64,000 bases of DNA, taken from contig CAVSLC010000013.1 of assembly GCA_963728565.1 (NCBI GenBank), positions 438,214 to 502,213 on the forward strand, written 5' to 3'. A program made the position numbers and the translations under genes. This stretch comes from an uncultured delta proteobacterium (GTDB lineage Bacteria > Desulfobacterota > Binatia > UBA9968). How positions within the stretch are numbered: the stretch's first letter is position 1; every line of letters begins with the position of its first letter. Shown here piece after piece: positions 39,260 through 48,558 of the stretch. A model generated the notes under the pieces. That model was not told the DNA's origin. It saw nothing but the letters and a program-made list of their open reading frames with translations, and did no database searches.

Positions 39260-40096
39260 TAGCGACTGCTGCGCTATGGCTGAGAGGCGTGGTTTGAAAA
39301 ACCGTGTCTTTCGCCCTAGCGGCATTTTCTTATCGTTCGGACGCTTTGACGCTTTATGGACTCACCGCTTTTTTCTCTGACTCACGCTCCAGCGGCTCTT
39401 TCATCAAAAAAATCTTTGAGGCTCATGCTGACCTCGTGCTGCACTATCCGCGACCAGCAGATAAAATGTATAACATCGAACTGAGATTGCTCGTTGGTGC
39501 GCCGTAGGGAGCCGCTGAGTTAGAGGAGTGGGATCTTTGACGTCCGTTTATCTGAAGATGTTGGCGCCAGTGCTTTGGGTTTCGAGATTTAATTCCATGA
39601 TCGTCTTAGAATGAGTCAATTCATTTTTGCGTGCTGGCTGTATGCTATCGCTTAATCCCTGTCCGCTCGCCTGAGGCACTTTCTGCGCTAACGCCGATCA
39701 CCTTCGTGCCCTTAAGAATGATTACCGGTCCGACCCCGCCCAAGTTGGCATATGTTGTCAATGATTGACAATAATTGTTTGTGCGTGCAAGATTAGGGAG
39801 GAACAAATACTGGTTGGGCCCGTCGGCTCTCGTTTGTCAGTGACGATTCTCACGCGCGCTCCGGTCTAGGAAACGCCCGCAACACGATCCGGTATGCCTA
39901 CGTCGCCTCTTACTAATATAGAAACTTGTAACCCAAAAAAAAGCGAAGGATGATACAGCTCTCGGTTCCTGTCGACCCCGCTCCCACTTAGAAGAAGTCT
40001 CATACCCGCCCGCTAGCTTCAAAGGCGTCCATTCTCGAATACCCGTAGAGCCAAACTCTTGAGAGTTCGTTCTGTGTATTTTGCGCAGCAGTAGCC

Positions 40097-43000
40097 ATGG
40101 AAAAGCGTCAGATCAAAACTGAGAAGGTTAGAGTAGTCGGTATCGGTGCATCTGCGGGTGGCCTCGATGCGTTAAAGGATTTCTTTCGCGCCATGCCTCG
40201 CGATACGGGTATGGCGTTCGTAGTAATCCAGCATCTGGATCCACATCAGGTAAGTCATTTGCCGAGCGTGTTAGCGAAGTACACGAAAATGACAGTGGTC
40301 CATGCCAAAGATCGCGTTGTCGTCGAGGCCAACTGTGTTTATACAATTCCTCCGAATAAATTTTTATCGATACGGAACGACAAGCTACAGCTCTCCGAGA
40401 CCTTTAAGAGTAACAGCTTACGGCTACCGATTGATTTTTTCTTCCACTCACTTGCACAGGAGCATCATGACAAGGCGATAGCGGTGCTTCTCTCCGGTGG
40501 CGGCTCCGATGGCAGCGTTGGAATTCGGGAGATTCGCAGCGAAGGCGGCATCGTTATGGTCCAGGACCCGACCACCGCACAATTCGACCTTATGATCCGC
40601 AGCGCGCTTGCCACAGGATTGGTCGATGGCGTAATGCCGGTACCGCAAATACCCGCAGCGATTCTCCAATGCGTCGCACAAGAGTCGCACGGCGATGAGA
40701 ATCTTGACCCTGAGGGTGTGCAGAACGAAGTTCAATCGATCCTCACGCTGTTCGATCAGGAGAACAAAGGCTACTTTAAATCTTATAAGAAAACGATGCT
40801 CTGGCGGCGCATCCGCCGCCGTATGGGGCTCAATCAGTTGAGTAGCTTGTCAGGATATATCTCCTTCCTTCGCACCAATCCAGACGAGCAATTGCGGCTC
40901 TCAAAGGACATGTTGATCGGCGTCACGACCTTCTTCCGCGATCATGAAGCATTCGAAACCCTCAAGGAGCGGGCTATTTTGCCGTTGCTTCAGGGCGAAC
41001 AAAGCGGCGATTCACTGCGCGCGTGGATTGTCGGTTGTTCAACGGGAGAAGAGGCTTACTCGATCGTAATATTATTTATGGAGGAAATGAGTCGGATTAA
41101 AAAAACGATTCCTCTTCGCATCATCGCGTCGGACCTCGACAACGAGAGCTTAAAGTTTGCTCGGGCAGCAATTTATCCAGACAGCATCACAAGCCATGTC
41201 TCGGCGGAGCGGCTCGAGCGTTTCTTCATGAAGAAAGATCATTCCTATCAAGTTAACAAGGAAGTCCGGGACTGCATCACATTTGCGCCGCACAATATAC
41301 TTGTCGATCCGGCATTTCTAAAAATGGACTTGATCAGTTGCCGCAATCTTTTGATTTACATCGAACCGGAAATTCAACAGAGACTTCTTGGTCAATTCGC
41401 ATACTCGCTAAATCTCGGTGGATATCTTTTTCTTGGCAAGGCCGATACCAGTGTCGATCAAGAGAGATCTTTCGAGGCGGCGTCGAGAACTGCGCGTATT
41501 TACCGCCGCACCAGGACGGCTGCGATGCCTGTGTCAAACTTGCCGTTGCGTACTGCGATGCCGCCAAAGCAACGGGCGACAACCGAAAAAACACTGTCCT
41601 TTAGGCTATCAGACGTTAACCGGGACGTAGTCTTAAAGCACTTCAAAGCCGCAGTGGTTCTCGTCGATGAGCAGGGCGTGATCTCGCACTTCTATGGTTC
41701 GACCAATAAATACTTGCAGCATCTGAGTGGCATCGCGACGTTAAGCCTCTTTGAAATGGTCGAGCGGCATTCGTTTAGACTTCGCTTGGCCGTCGAAAAA
41801 ACTTTCCGGGAAAACGTGACAGTAACGCTCGCCGGAGTTGAGTTCGATTGTGATGGGTCTGAGTGTCCGGTCGATATCACCGTATCGCCATGCGAACCTC
41901 GGCCGGGCGCTAAACTTGTCGCGGTAATCTTTCAGGATGCGCCACTGACGCGGACGAGCGAGCGAGCGGAGGATGTGCCCGACCACAGCGTATCTTCTGA
42001 GACCGATCAACTGATTAAGCGTCTTGAGTCTGAAATCAAATCCTTGAAAGACGAGCTTTCGGCCACAAATGAAGGCTTTCAAATGTCCCATGAGGAGTTT
42101 TCCGCCGCCAATGAGGAGACTCAGGCGATCAACGAGGAGCTACACTCTACCAACGAAGAGCTTGAAACATCGAAAGAGGAGCTGCAATCGGTGAACGAGG
42201 AACTCCTGACGGTCAATAATCAACTCAACGAGAAATTAATCGAACTCAATCAAAGCAATGACGACCTGGCCAATTTCTTGAACTCCTCGGAAATGGGGAC
42301 CATCTTTCTGGATTCCCAATACCGTATCCGGCGCTTCACGCCATCAACCACAAAGCTCTTGAATCTACTCTCAATCGATGAGGGCCGGCCGATCGAGCAC
42401 ATTACCACCCGTTTTATCGGCATTGACTTGGTAGCTCTCGCCAAAAGCGTGCTTAGAAGATCGCAACCGGTTGAGCAGCAAGCTGCAACGACGGATGGAG
42501 GCTGGTATCTGATCCGATGTCTTCCCTACCGTACGCACGGCAATGAAATAGATGGGGTGGTCCTTACGTTTACCGACGTGGCGCAGTTAAAGCATTCGGA
42601 AGAAGCAATGCGCGAAGCACATCTTTTCACTGAAAACATTTTTAATACCATCCGCGAATCACTCTTGGTGCTTGATCCAGCACTCAAGGTCGTGTCGGCC
42701 AACAGGGCTTTCTATTCGACGTTTGGTGTCACTCCCGATGAGACGATTGATTCTCTCGTGTTCGAGCTCGGCAATCATCAGTGGGATATTCCTAGACTGC
42801 GAGAATTACTGCAGGCAGTTCTAGATGGTAAGGAAACTTCCGAGAATTTCCAGGTGCAGCACTACTTCCCCGCCATTGGAGAAAAAATACTGTCTTTAAA
42901 TGCCAAGAGGATCTTTTCCGCCGAACACCATAGCTCAAATTTTATACTGCTGGCAATCGAAGATATCACCGAGCGCTGGCGGCTGGAAATGAAAATACGA

Positions 43001-43717
43001 CACAATGACCATCTTGCCGCACTCGGTCTAGCCATCGCTCAAATTAGCCACGAGATCAGAAATCCGCTGAATGCGATGTATACAACCACCCAACTTCTCG
43101 ATAGCTATTTTAGAAAGAACAAAGAGAATATAGATCAGCGGGTTATTGAAATCTCGGCAGATCAGTTGGCGGAGATCAAGCGGCTAAAGTCGCTGCTGGA
43201 TGACTTGCGGACTGTTTCCCCTCCGAGTCTGCAGAACCTCAATCTAGAAGAGACTAATGTAGGCTTATTGGCGTTGGATGTTCTTCAGCGAGAGAAGATC
43301 AACTGGGGCGAGCGGATTCACATCGAGCATCATATTCCGCCGGATTTACCTAAGGTGATGGTCGATGGAAGCAAAATGAACCAGGTCTTCTTAAATCTCT
43401 ACAAGAATGCTGCGCAAGCCACACCCGGCGAAGGCAGTCTTACGATCCGAGCCTATCGATCAGGTGCGGCCATCTACGTTGAGATCGCCGATAGCGGAAC
43501 TGGCGTTCCAGACGACGTCAATCTTCTGGAATATTCAAGCGAGCTCGAGCAAGGCATGGGATTTGGTCTGATGGTCGTGCAACGGATTATAGCCGCTCAT
43601 GAAGGATCACTCAGCTACACTTCTGTCGTGGGTAAAGGAACAACCTTCCTTATCAAATTACCTTTACACTCATCCGCAACGCTTAGACTAGGAGCCTCCC
43701 AGAGCCACAACAATTGA
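40097..43717 (+). CDS. cheBR: CheB-CheR-PAS-histidine kinase fusion protein
   Basis: CheB triad GASAGG / IQH / SDG; CheR IGVTTFFRD, GCSTGEEAYS, DLISCRN; ELHSTNEEL coiled coil; PAS domains; H-box HEIRNPL, NLYKNA, DSGTG, GMGFGL. Confidence 0.93.
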   Translation: MEKRQIKTEKVRVVGIGASAGGLDALKDFFRAMPRDTGMAFVVIQHLDPHQVSHLPSVLAKYTKMTVVHAKDRVVVEANCVYTIPPNKFLSIRNDKLQLSETFKSNSLRLPIDFFFHSLAQEHHDKAIAVLLSGGGSDGSVGIREIRSEGGIVMVQDPTTAQFDLMIRSALATGLVDGVMPVPQIPAAILQCVAQESHGDENLDPEGVQNEVQSILTLFDQENKGYFKSYKKTMLWRRIRRRMGLNQLSSLSGYISFLRTNPDEQLRLSKDMLIGVTTFFRDHEAFETLKERAILPLLQGEQSGDSLRAWIVGCSTGEEAYSIVILFMEEMSRIKKTIPLRIIASDLDNESLKFARAAIYPDSITSHVSAERLERFFMKKDHSYQVNKEVRDCITFAPHNILVDPAFLKMDLISCRNLLIYIEPEIQQRLLGQFAYSLNLGGYLFLGKADTSVDQERSFEAASRTARIYRRTRTAAMPVSNLPLRTAMPPKQRATTEKTLSFRLSDVNRDVVLKHFKAAVVLVDEQGVISHFYGSTNKYLQHLSGIATLSLFEMVERHSFRLRLAVEKTFRENVTVTLAGVEFDCDGSECPVDITVSPCEPRPGAKLVAVIFQDAPLTRTSERAEDVPDHSVSSETDQLIKRLESEIKSLKDELSATNEGFQMSHEEFSAANEETQAINEELHSTNEELETSKEELQSVNEELLTVNNQLNEKLIELNQSNDDLANFLNSSEMGTIFLDSQYRIRRFTPSTTKLLNLLSIDEGRPIEHITTRFIGIDLVALAKSVLRRSQPVEQQAATTDGGWYLIRCLPYRTHGNEIDGVVLTFTDVAQLKHSEEAMREAHLFTENIFNTIRESLLVLDPALKVVSANRAFYSTFGVTPDETIDSLVFELGNHQWDIPRLRELLQAVLDGKETSENFQVQHYFPAIGEKILSLNAKRIFSAEHHSSNFILLAIEDITERWRLEMKIRHNDHLAALGLAIAQISHEIRNPLNAMYTTTQLLDSYFRKNKENIDQRVIEISADQLAEIKRLKSLLDDLRTVSPPSLQNLNLEETNVGLLALDVLQREKINWGERIHIEHHIPPDLPKVMVDGSKMNQVFLNLYKNAAQATPGEGSLTIRAYRSGAAIYVEIADSGTGVPDDVNLLEYSSELEQGMGFGLMVVQRIIAAHEGSLSYTSVVGKGTTFLIKLPLHSSATLRLGASQSHNN

Positions 43718-43723
43718 TATTTT

Positions 43724-43960
43724 TTAAGGATCGGTGAAATCGCTTTTAGCTTTCTCATTGCTCCACTGGTGCGAGAGTTCGTCTATCCGGAGCATTGCGG
43801 CTAGCATCTCTTTGGATTGTTCTGCAGCGTTAAGGAGCCGATGGCTTTCCTTTAGTTGAAGAAAGCTGCGATCGATTAATCGCCTGGTAAGATTGACACA
43901 GCTTCTGGTCTTGCCTTGGGTCTCGTGAAGAATCGAGCGGAGTTCGTCTAGTTTTTTCAT
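43724..43960 (-). CDS. Small hypothetical protein
   Basis: 78-aa helical ORF convergent with cheBR; no motif. Confidence 0.35.
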   Translation of the reverse strand: MKKLDELRSILHETQGKTRSCVNLTRRLIDRSFLQLKESHRLLNAAEQSKEMLAAMLRIDELSHQWSNEKAKSDFTDP

Positions 43961-44483
43961 TGTGCAGCTATATGAGACCGATGGTGCGGTCGCAGAAGTC
44001 TTACCCCAGCATTAAGTCTTTGTAGATCGATGTTAACAAAGGTCGGCAATTATTCCCTAGGAGCGTCACGGACCCAAAAGCAATTGACGGACCATGCTGC
44101 ACAGGAAGGTAGTTCCTAGGAAGGAAGATAAAAACTGAGGCACTCACTGATCGTTCAGTGACAGAATTGCACGGATTGCGCGAAAAACGAACTAGCGAGT
44201 GAACGTCGCGACGCCGGGACGATTCTTGTACAAACGACTGCATGACCGCTTCGTTTCCGGTGAACTCGAGAGCGGGTGTGTTTCATCTCGATGCCTTAAA
44301 TTTTTTTAAGGACTGGCTGTGGTCTAAAGAGCTGACGTTGTCGTGGAATAAAAACCACTCGCCCTCTTTGCTTGCTCAGTGAGTCTGGAACGTGAATTGC
44401 CCAGCTCACGGCAGGCCGGCCTAAAAAGCGCAGCTGGTGCGGCAGCAACGTTTGCTTGACTATCTTTATCGACCCGTTCAACC

Positions 44484-46076
44484 ATGACAATGAAGCAGAA
44501 GCTCGGTTTGAAACCCGTCCAACAAAGCCACGTGAACACCCGCGAAGACTTTTTTGCAGGCGCCGGATCGAAGCGCAATCTGGCGGTGACCGGCGTCATG
44601 CTGGTGATTTTTTTGTTTGCCATCGATGCCACCATTGTCGCCACTTCAATGCCGACGATCGTCGCCCAGCTCGGCGGCCTGGAACTCTATAGCTGGGTAT
44701 TCTCGATTTACATGCTCAGTTCCGCGCTCACAACGCCGCTCTTCGGCAAGCTCTCCGATCTCTACAGCCGGCGCAGGCTCATGCTCATCGGTATCGGCTT
44801 ATTCGTCGTTGGCTCAGTATTGTGCGGCGCGGCGCAAAGCATGGAGCAGCTCGTGTTGTTCCGCGCCGTTCAGGGTCTCGGGGGCGGCGCGATCTACGCG
44901 CTTTCATTCATCGTCGTCGGCATTTTGTTCCAGCCCGAGGAGCGGGCTCGAATGCAGGGCATCATCAGCGGCATCTGGGGCGTCGCATCGGTCCTCGGCC
45001 CCGTCGCGGGCGGCATCATCGTCGAGCACTGGCATTGGCGTTGGGCATTTTTCGTCAATTTACCGATTACCGCGATCGCCATCGGCTTGATTGTCGTTGG
45101 CCTCAAAGAGGCCGCCGTCAAACGGCGCGAGCATAAACTCGATATCGCTGGCATGCTCGCCCTGCTGGCAGCGTTGTTGCTGCTGTTCTACGCGCTCTCC
45201 CACAGCGCTCATTCGCAGCAACCTCTCGACATGACCCTTGCCGGCCTTATTGTTCTGGCGCTGATCTTTCTCCTGATATTCTACTTCATCGAACACCGAG
45301 CCGCCGAACCAGTGATCCCGCTGGACTTGTTTCACTCGAGCTTTTATAAAACCTCGACCGCTGTGGCGACGCTCGCAGCGATGGGCGTGTTCGGCGCCAT
45401 CAGTTATCTGCCACTCTACCTTCAAGGCGTGACCGGTCTCACCGCTTCCCGCGCTGGAATGGTGTTGTTGTTTCTGAGCATGGCGTGGACCTTGGGCAGC
45501 TTGGCCGCCGGGCAAGCGAGCAATCGTTTCGGCTATCGCGCCGTGGCCGCCACCGGCATGTTGCTCATGGCCGTCGGCTACAGTTTCTTTGTTCTTTTCG
45601 CAGCGGCACTGACGGTTCCCTGGGTGATTGTAAGCGCTACGTTGATCGGCGCCGGCATGGGCATGGCCAATCTGACAACTCTAGTGGCAGTGCAGAATTC
45701 CGTTTCACCTCAGCGCATTGGCGTGGCCACTTCGACCTTGATGCTGTTCAGAACTTTCGGCGGCGCATTCTCCGTGAGCTTGATGGGGACAGTGCTGCTG
45801 CATCAGATGCAGCGTGGCTTGACTAAACTTTCCAGTAGCGGACTTTCGAGCGCATTGCTCGATAAACTCGCCCATCCGCAAAATCTTTTAGAACCGGCAA
45901 CGCGCCTGCAGATTGCGCCGGAACTGCTGCCGAGACTTATCGCAATTCTCAGCAATGCCATTTGGTACGCCTTTGTCACCGGATTTGTGCTCATGGCGAT
46001 CGGCGTGATCGCCAGTCTGCTCATGCCTGGAGCCAGGCCCGCTGAGCCGGCTCAAGGGCTTCAGAAACCGCGGTAA
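44484..46076 (+). CDS. MFS drug efflux transporter, DHA2/MDR family
   Basis: DATIVATSMPTI, FGKLSDLYSRR, RAVQGLGGG, WRWAFFVNLP; about 14 TM. Confidence 0.93.
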   Translation: MTMKQKLGLKPVQQSHVNTREDFFAGAGSKRNLAVTGVMLVIFLFAIDATIVATSMPTIVAQLGGLELYSWVFSIYMLSSALTTPLFGKLSDLYSRRRLMLIGIGLFVVGSVLCGAAQSMEQLVLFRAVQGLGGGAIYALSFIVVGILFQPEERARMQGIISGIWGVASVLGPVAGGIIVEHWHWRWAFFVNLPITAIAIGLIVVGLKEAAVKRREHKLDIAGMLALLAALLLLFYALSHSAHSQQPLDMTLAGLIVLALIFLLIFYFIEHRAAEPVIPLDLFHSSFYKTSTAVATLAAMGVFGAISYLPLYLQGVTGLTASRAGMVLLFLSMAWTLGSLAAGQASNRFGYRAVAATGMLLMAVGYSFFVLFAAALTVPWVIVSATLIGAGMGMANLTTLVAVQNSVSPQRIGVATSTLMLFRTFGGAFSVSLMGTVLLHQMQRGLTKLSSSGLSSALLDKLAHPQNLLEPATRLQIAPELLPRLIAILSNAIWYAFVTGFVLMAIGVIASLLMPGARPAEPAQGLQKPR

Positions 46077-46481
46077 ATCCATTCGTTTGCGCGAGTCCGC
46101 CGGCAACCACCGCCGATCGTCTCGGCAAATTTTCTCTGTCCGAATTCCTATCACCACCGCGTTTGACGCGCCGCTCATCAACTTATACACCTGATTGTCA
46201 ATACTCTATGCTCCCAATAGTCGACACTTACTGGCATGAACCCGGATTTCGCAGTAGAGACGGATACCTGCAGAGTGATCGAGGGGCGAGCGCGGAGGAG
46301 CGAAGGCACAGAAGCGAACAATTTCAAAGCCGTCTATGGTGCTTGGCCCTGGGCTGGCAATTTTTTCAAGCGTCCGCTAAAGCACGGAGCTTGCAAGCCA
46401 CTATCAGCCACAGACCTATTGCCTTCGTTCCGGAGGGTTCGTCCCTTGATCGCTATGTCCCCCTGAAGTGCGGAATTCGGG

Positions 46482-47750
46482 ATGAATGATCAAACTACCT
46501 CTGTCGTTACCGCAACCGTCGCCTCGGACGAAATCCCGACTCTCGAAGCTACACTGCGCCAGAAGCGCATGGCGCTCGGCCTGATCAGCGGTTGCCATGT
46601 TTTGAATCACCTCCAGTACAGCATCACTTCGGTGATCTTCCCGGTGATGATGACCGAGCTCGGCTTCGGTCTGGTCGGACTGGGCTTTATCTCGGCGCTA
46701 TCGAGCTTTGTCGGCCAGGGGCTGCAAGTTATCTACGGTTTTCTCGCGGCTTTTTTCAAACGCACCACCATGCTGGCAATCGGTAACATCGTGGTCGGAC
46801 TAACCGCGATGTTGCAATACTTCATCGGCAGCTACCCGCAGCTGGTTGCGGCGCGCGTCGCCATCGATGCCGGCTCCAGTCCACAGCATCCGCTCGGCTC
46901 TAGCATTTTGTCGCGCTACTATCCGAAGGCGCGCGGCTGGGCGCTCACGTTTCATCACTCGGCGGGCAGTCTCGGATCATTTATCGGACCGGCGGCGGCC
47001 TCACTCGCACTCCTTTACATGGGCTGGCGCAGCGCTTTCGTGATCTTCGGATCGCTGAGCTTGCTCATGGGATTGACGCTTTTCTGGGTCAGCGATCATA
47101 GCAACGCCCGGGACAGCGCCGGCGGCAAGACAAAAACCAAAGCAGGTTTCGACGCCTACATTCAGTGCCTAAGAAATCGCAATATTCTGTTCACATCGCT
47201 GGTGCTCATGGCCGGCGCTGCGGGACGCGGCACCGGCGTCAACATGACTTACCTGGTGCCTTTCTTCATGGCCCAATACGGCGTCAGCGCGTCCGGCGGC
47301 GGGCTGCTCTTAACGGTTATGCAAGGCGCGGGACTGGTGGGTCCCCTGGCAATCGCGTGGTTTTCGGATCGCAGCGGCAAACGCCGCGGCATTACCCAAG
47401 TAACCCTGCTGTTATCAGCGGTCATGACGGTTTGGCTTGTCCAACATCAAACGTTGACGATTTTGTTCTATCTCAACCTGATTCTTTACGGCGCCTTTGT
47501 CCAGGCGCGTGGCGCGCTGACCCAAACCATGATCGGCGACTTTGCCACTCCGGAGCTCACTGACGCAGCATTTTCGATTTATTATTTCGTCGGATTCATC
47601 TCCGGGCCGATCTGGACTCTAATCATCGGCTACGTCATGCAGCATTACGGTTTTGCTCCGGCATTTTATATCGCCGCCGGGACCTATATCGCCGGCATGG
47701 TGCTTCTGACGTTCGTTAAAGAAGAGCGCCAAACCGGCACGGCCAGGTAA
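46482..47750 (+). CDS. MFS transporter
   Basis: About 12 TM; PQHP, RGWAL..HH, FSDRSGKRR; related to 16233. Confidence 0.9.
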   Translation: MNDQTTSVVTATVASDEIPTLEATLRQKRMALGLISGCHVLNHLQYSITSVIFPVMMTELGFGLVGLGFISALSSFVGQGLQVIYGFLAAFFKRTTMLAIGNIVVGLTAMLQYFIGSYPQLVAARVAIDAGSSPQHPLGSSILSRYYPKARGWALTFHHSAGSLGSFIGPAAASLALLYMGWRSAFVIFGSLSLLMGLTLFWVSDHSNARDSAGGKTKTKAGFDAYIQCLRNRNILFTSLVLMAGAAGRGTGVNMTYLVPFFMAQYGVSASGGGLLLTVMQGAGLVGPLAIAWFSDRSGKRRGITQVTLLLSAVMTVWLVQHQTLTILFYLNLILYGAFVQARGALTQTMIGDFATPELTDAAFSIYYFVGFISGPIWTLIIGYVMQHYGFAPAFYIAAGTYIAGMVLLTFVKEERQTGTAR

Positions 47751-48077
47751 ACCAATTCTCTTCTTTGCCGGACATGCGGGGTACGCCTGAGAAAGAGCTT
47801 CTTATCGCCAGCGCGTGAATTCGAGCGCGTGTTGCGAAAGTCTTTGAGCTCCATCGCATTCGCGAATCCTGACTCGACTCCAACATCGACGTGTTCCTGG
47901 GCGATTGTGATCATTCCGCAGCGCGAAACCTGCAGCGTCAGGAGCGTCTCGCAGTCGTCGGATTGAGGGCTCTCGCCCTCTTCTGGATCGTCACCATCGA
48001 CTTTGTGAAATATTGACTTTGCGAGCCCTTCTCGTAAAAAAAGTCATACAACGCCCCTCGACTCAAAGGAGCCAGCC

Positions 48078-48542
48078 ATGCCCAAGATCTCGCTCAGAGT
48101 AAACGGCAAAGCACGAGTGGTAGATACCGAAGCCGATGTTCCGCTGCTCTATGTCCTGCGTAACGACTTGGAACTCAACGGCCCGAAGTTCGGCTGTGGC
48201 ATGGCGCAGTGCGGCGCCTGCACGGTGATTATGGACGGCAACGCGATTCGCTCCTGTGTCACGCCGGTGGGCGCCGTACAGAACAAGCCGGTCACCACGT
48301 TAGAAGGTTTAGGCACGACCAAGAAACTGCACAAGATTCAGCAAGCCTTTATCGATGAGCAAGCCGCGCAATGCGGCTACTGCATCAACGGCATGATCAT
48401 GACGACCAAGGCGTTGCTCGATAAAACTCCCAAACCCACCGATGTGCAGATCAAGCAAGCGCTGGACGGCAATCTCTGCCGGTGCGGTACCCATATCCGT
48501 ATCCTACGAGCGGTGAAACGGGCGTCCGGCCAAAAAATTTGA
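48078..48542 (+). CDS. iorA: 2x[2Fe-2S] small subunit of an isoquinoline oxidoreductase/xanthine dehydrogenase-family enzyme
   Basis: GCGMAQCGAC, QCGYC, NLCRCG. Confidence 0.93.
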   Translation: MPKISLRVNGKARVVDTEADVPLLYVLRNDLELNGPKFGCGMAQCGACTVIMDGNAIRSCVTPVGAVQNKPVTTLEGLGTTKKLHKIQQAFIDEQAAQCGYCINGMIMTTKALLDKTPKPTDVQIKQALDGNLCRCGTHIRILRAVKRASGQKI

Positions 48543-48558
48543 CCAAGGAGCGACGAAC

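Noticed and set aside
39260-40096. Hidden gene or ncRNA in the 840-bp gap before cheBR
   Set aside because: The frames I translated close quickly and I see no convincing conserved structure.
47684-47990. Possible HUH (IS200/RAYT) transposase remnant (QEHVDV)
   Set aside because: No true HUH motif or catalytic Tyr; the similarity is too weak.
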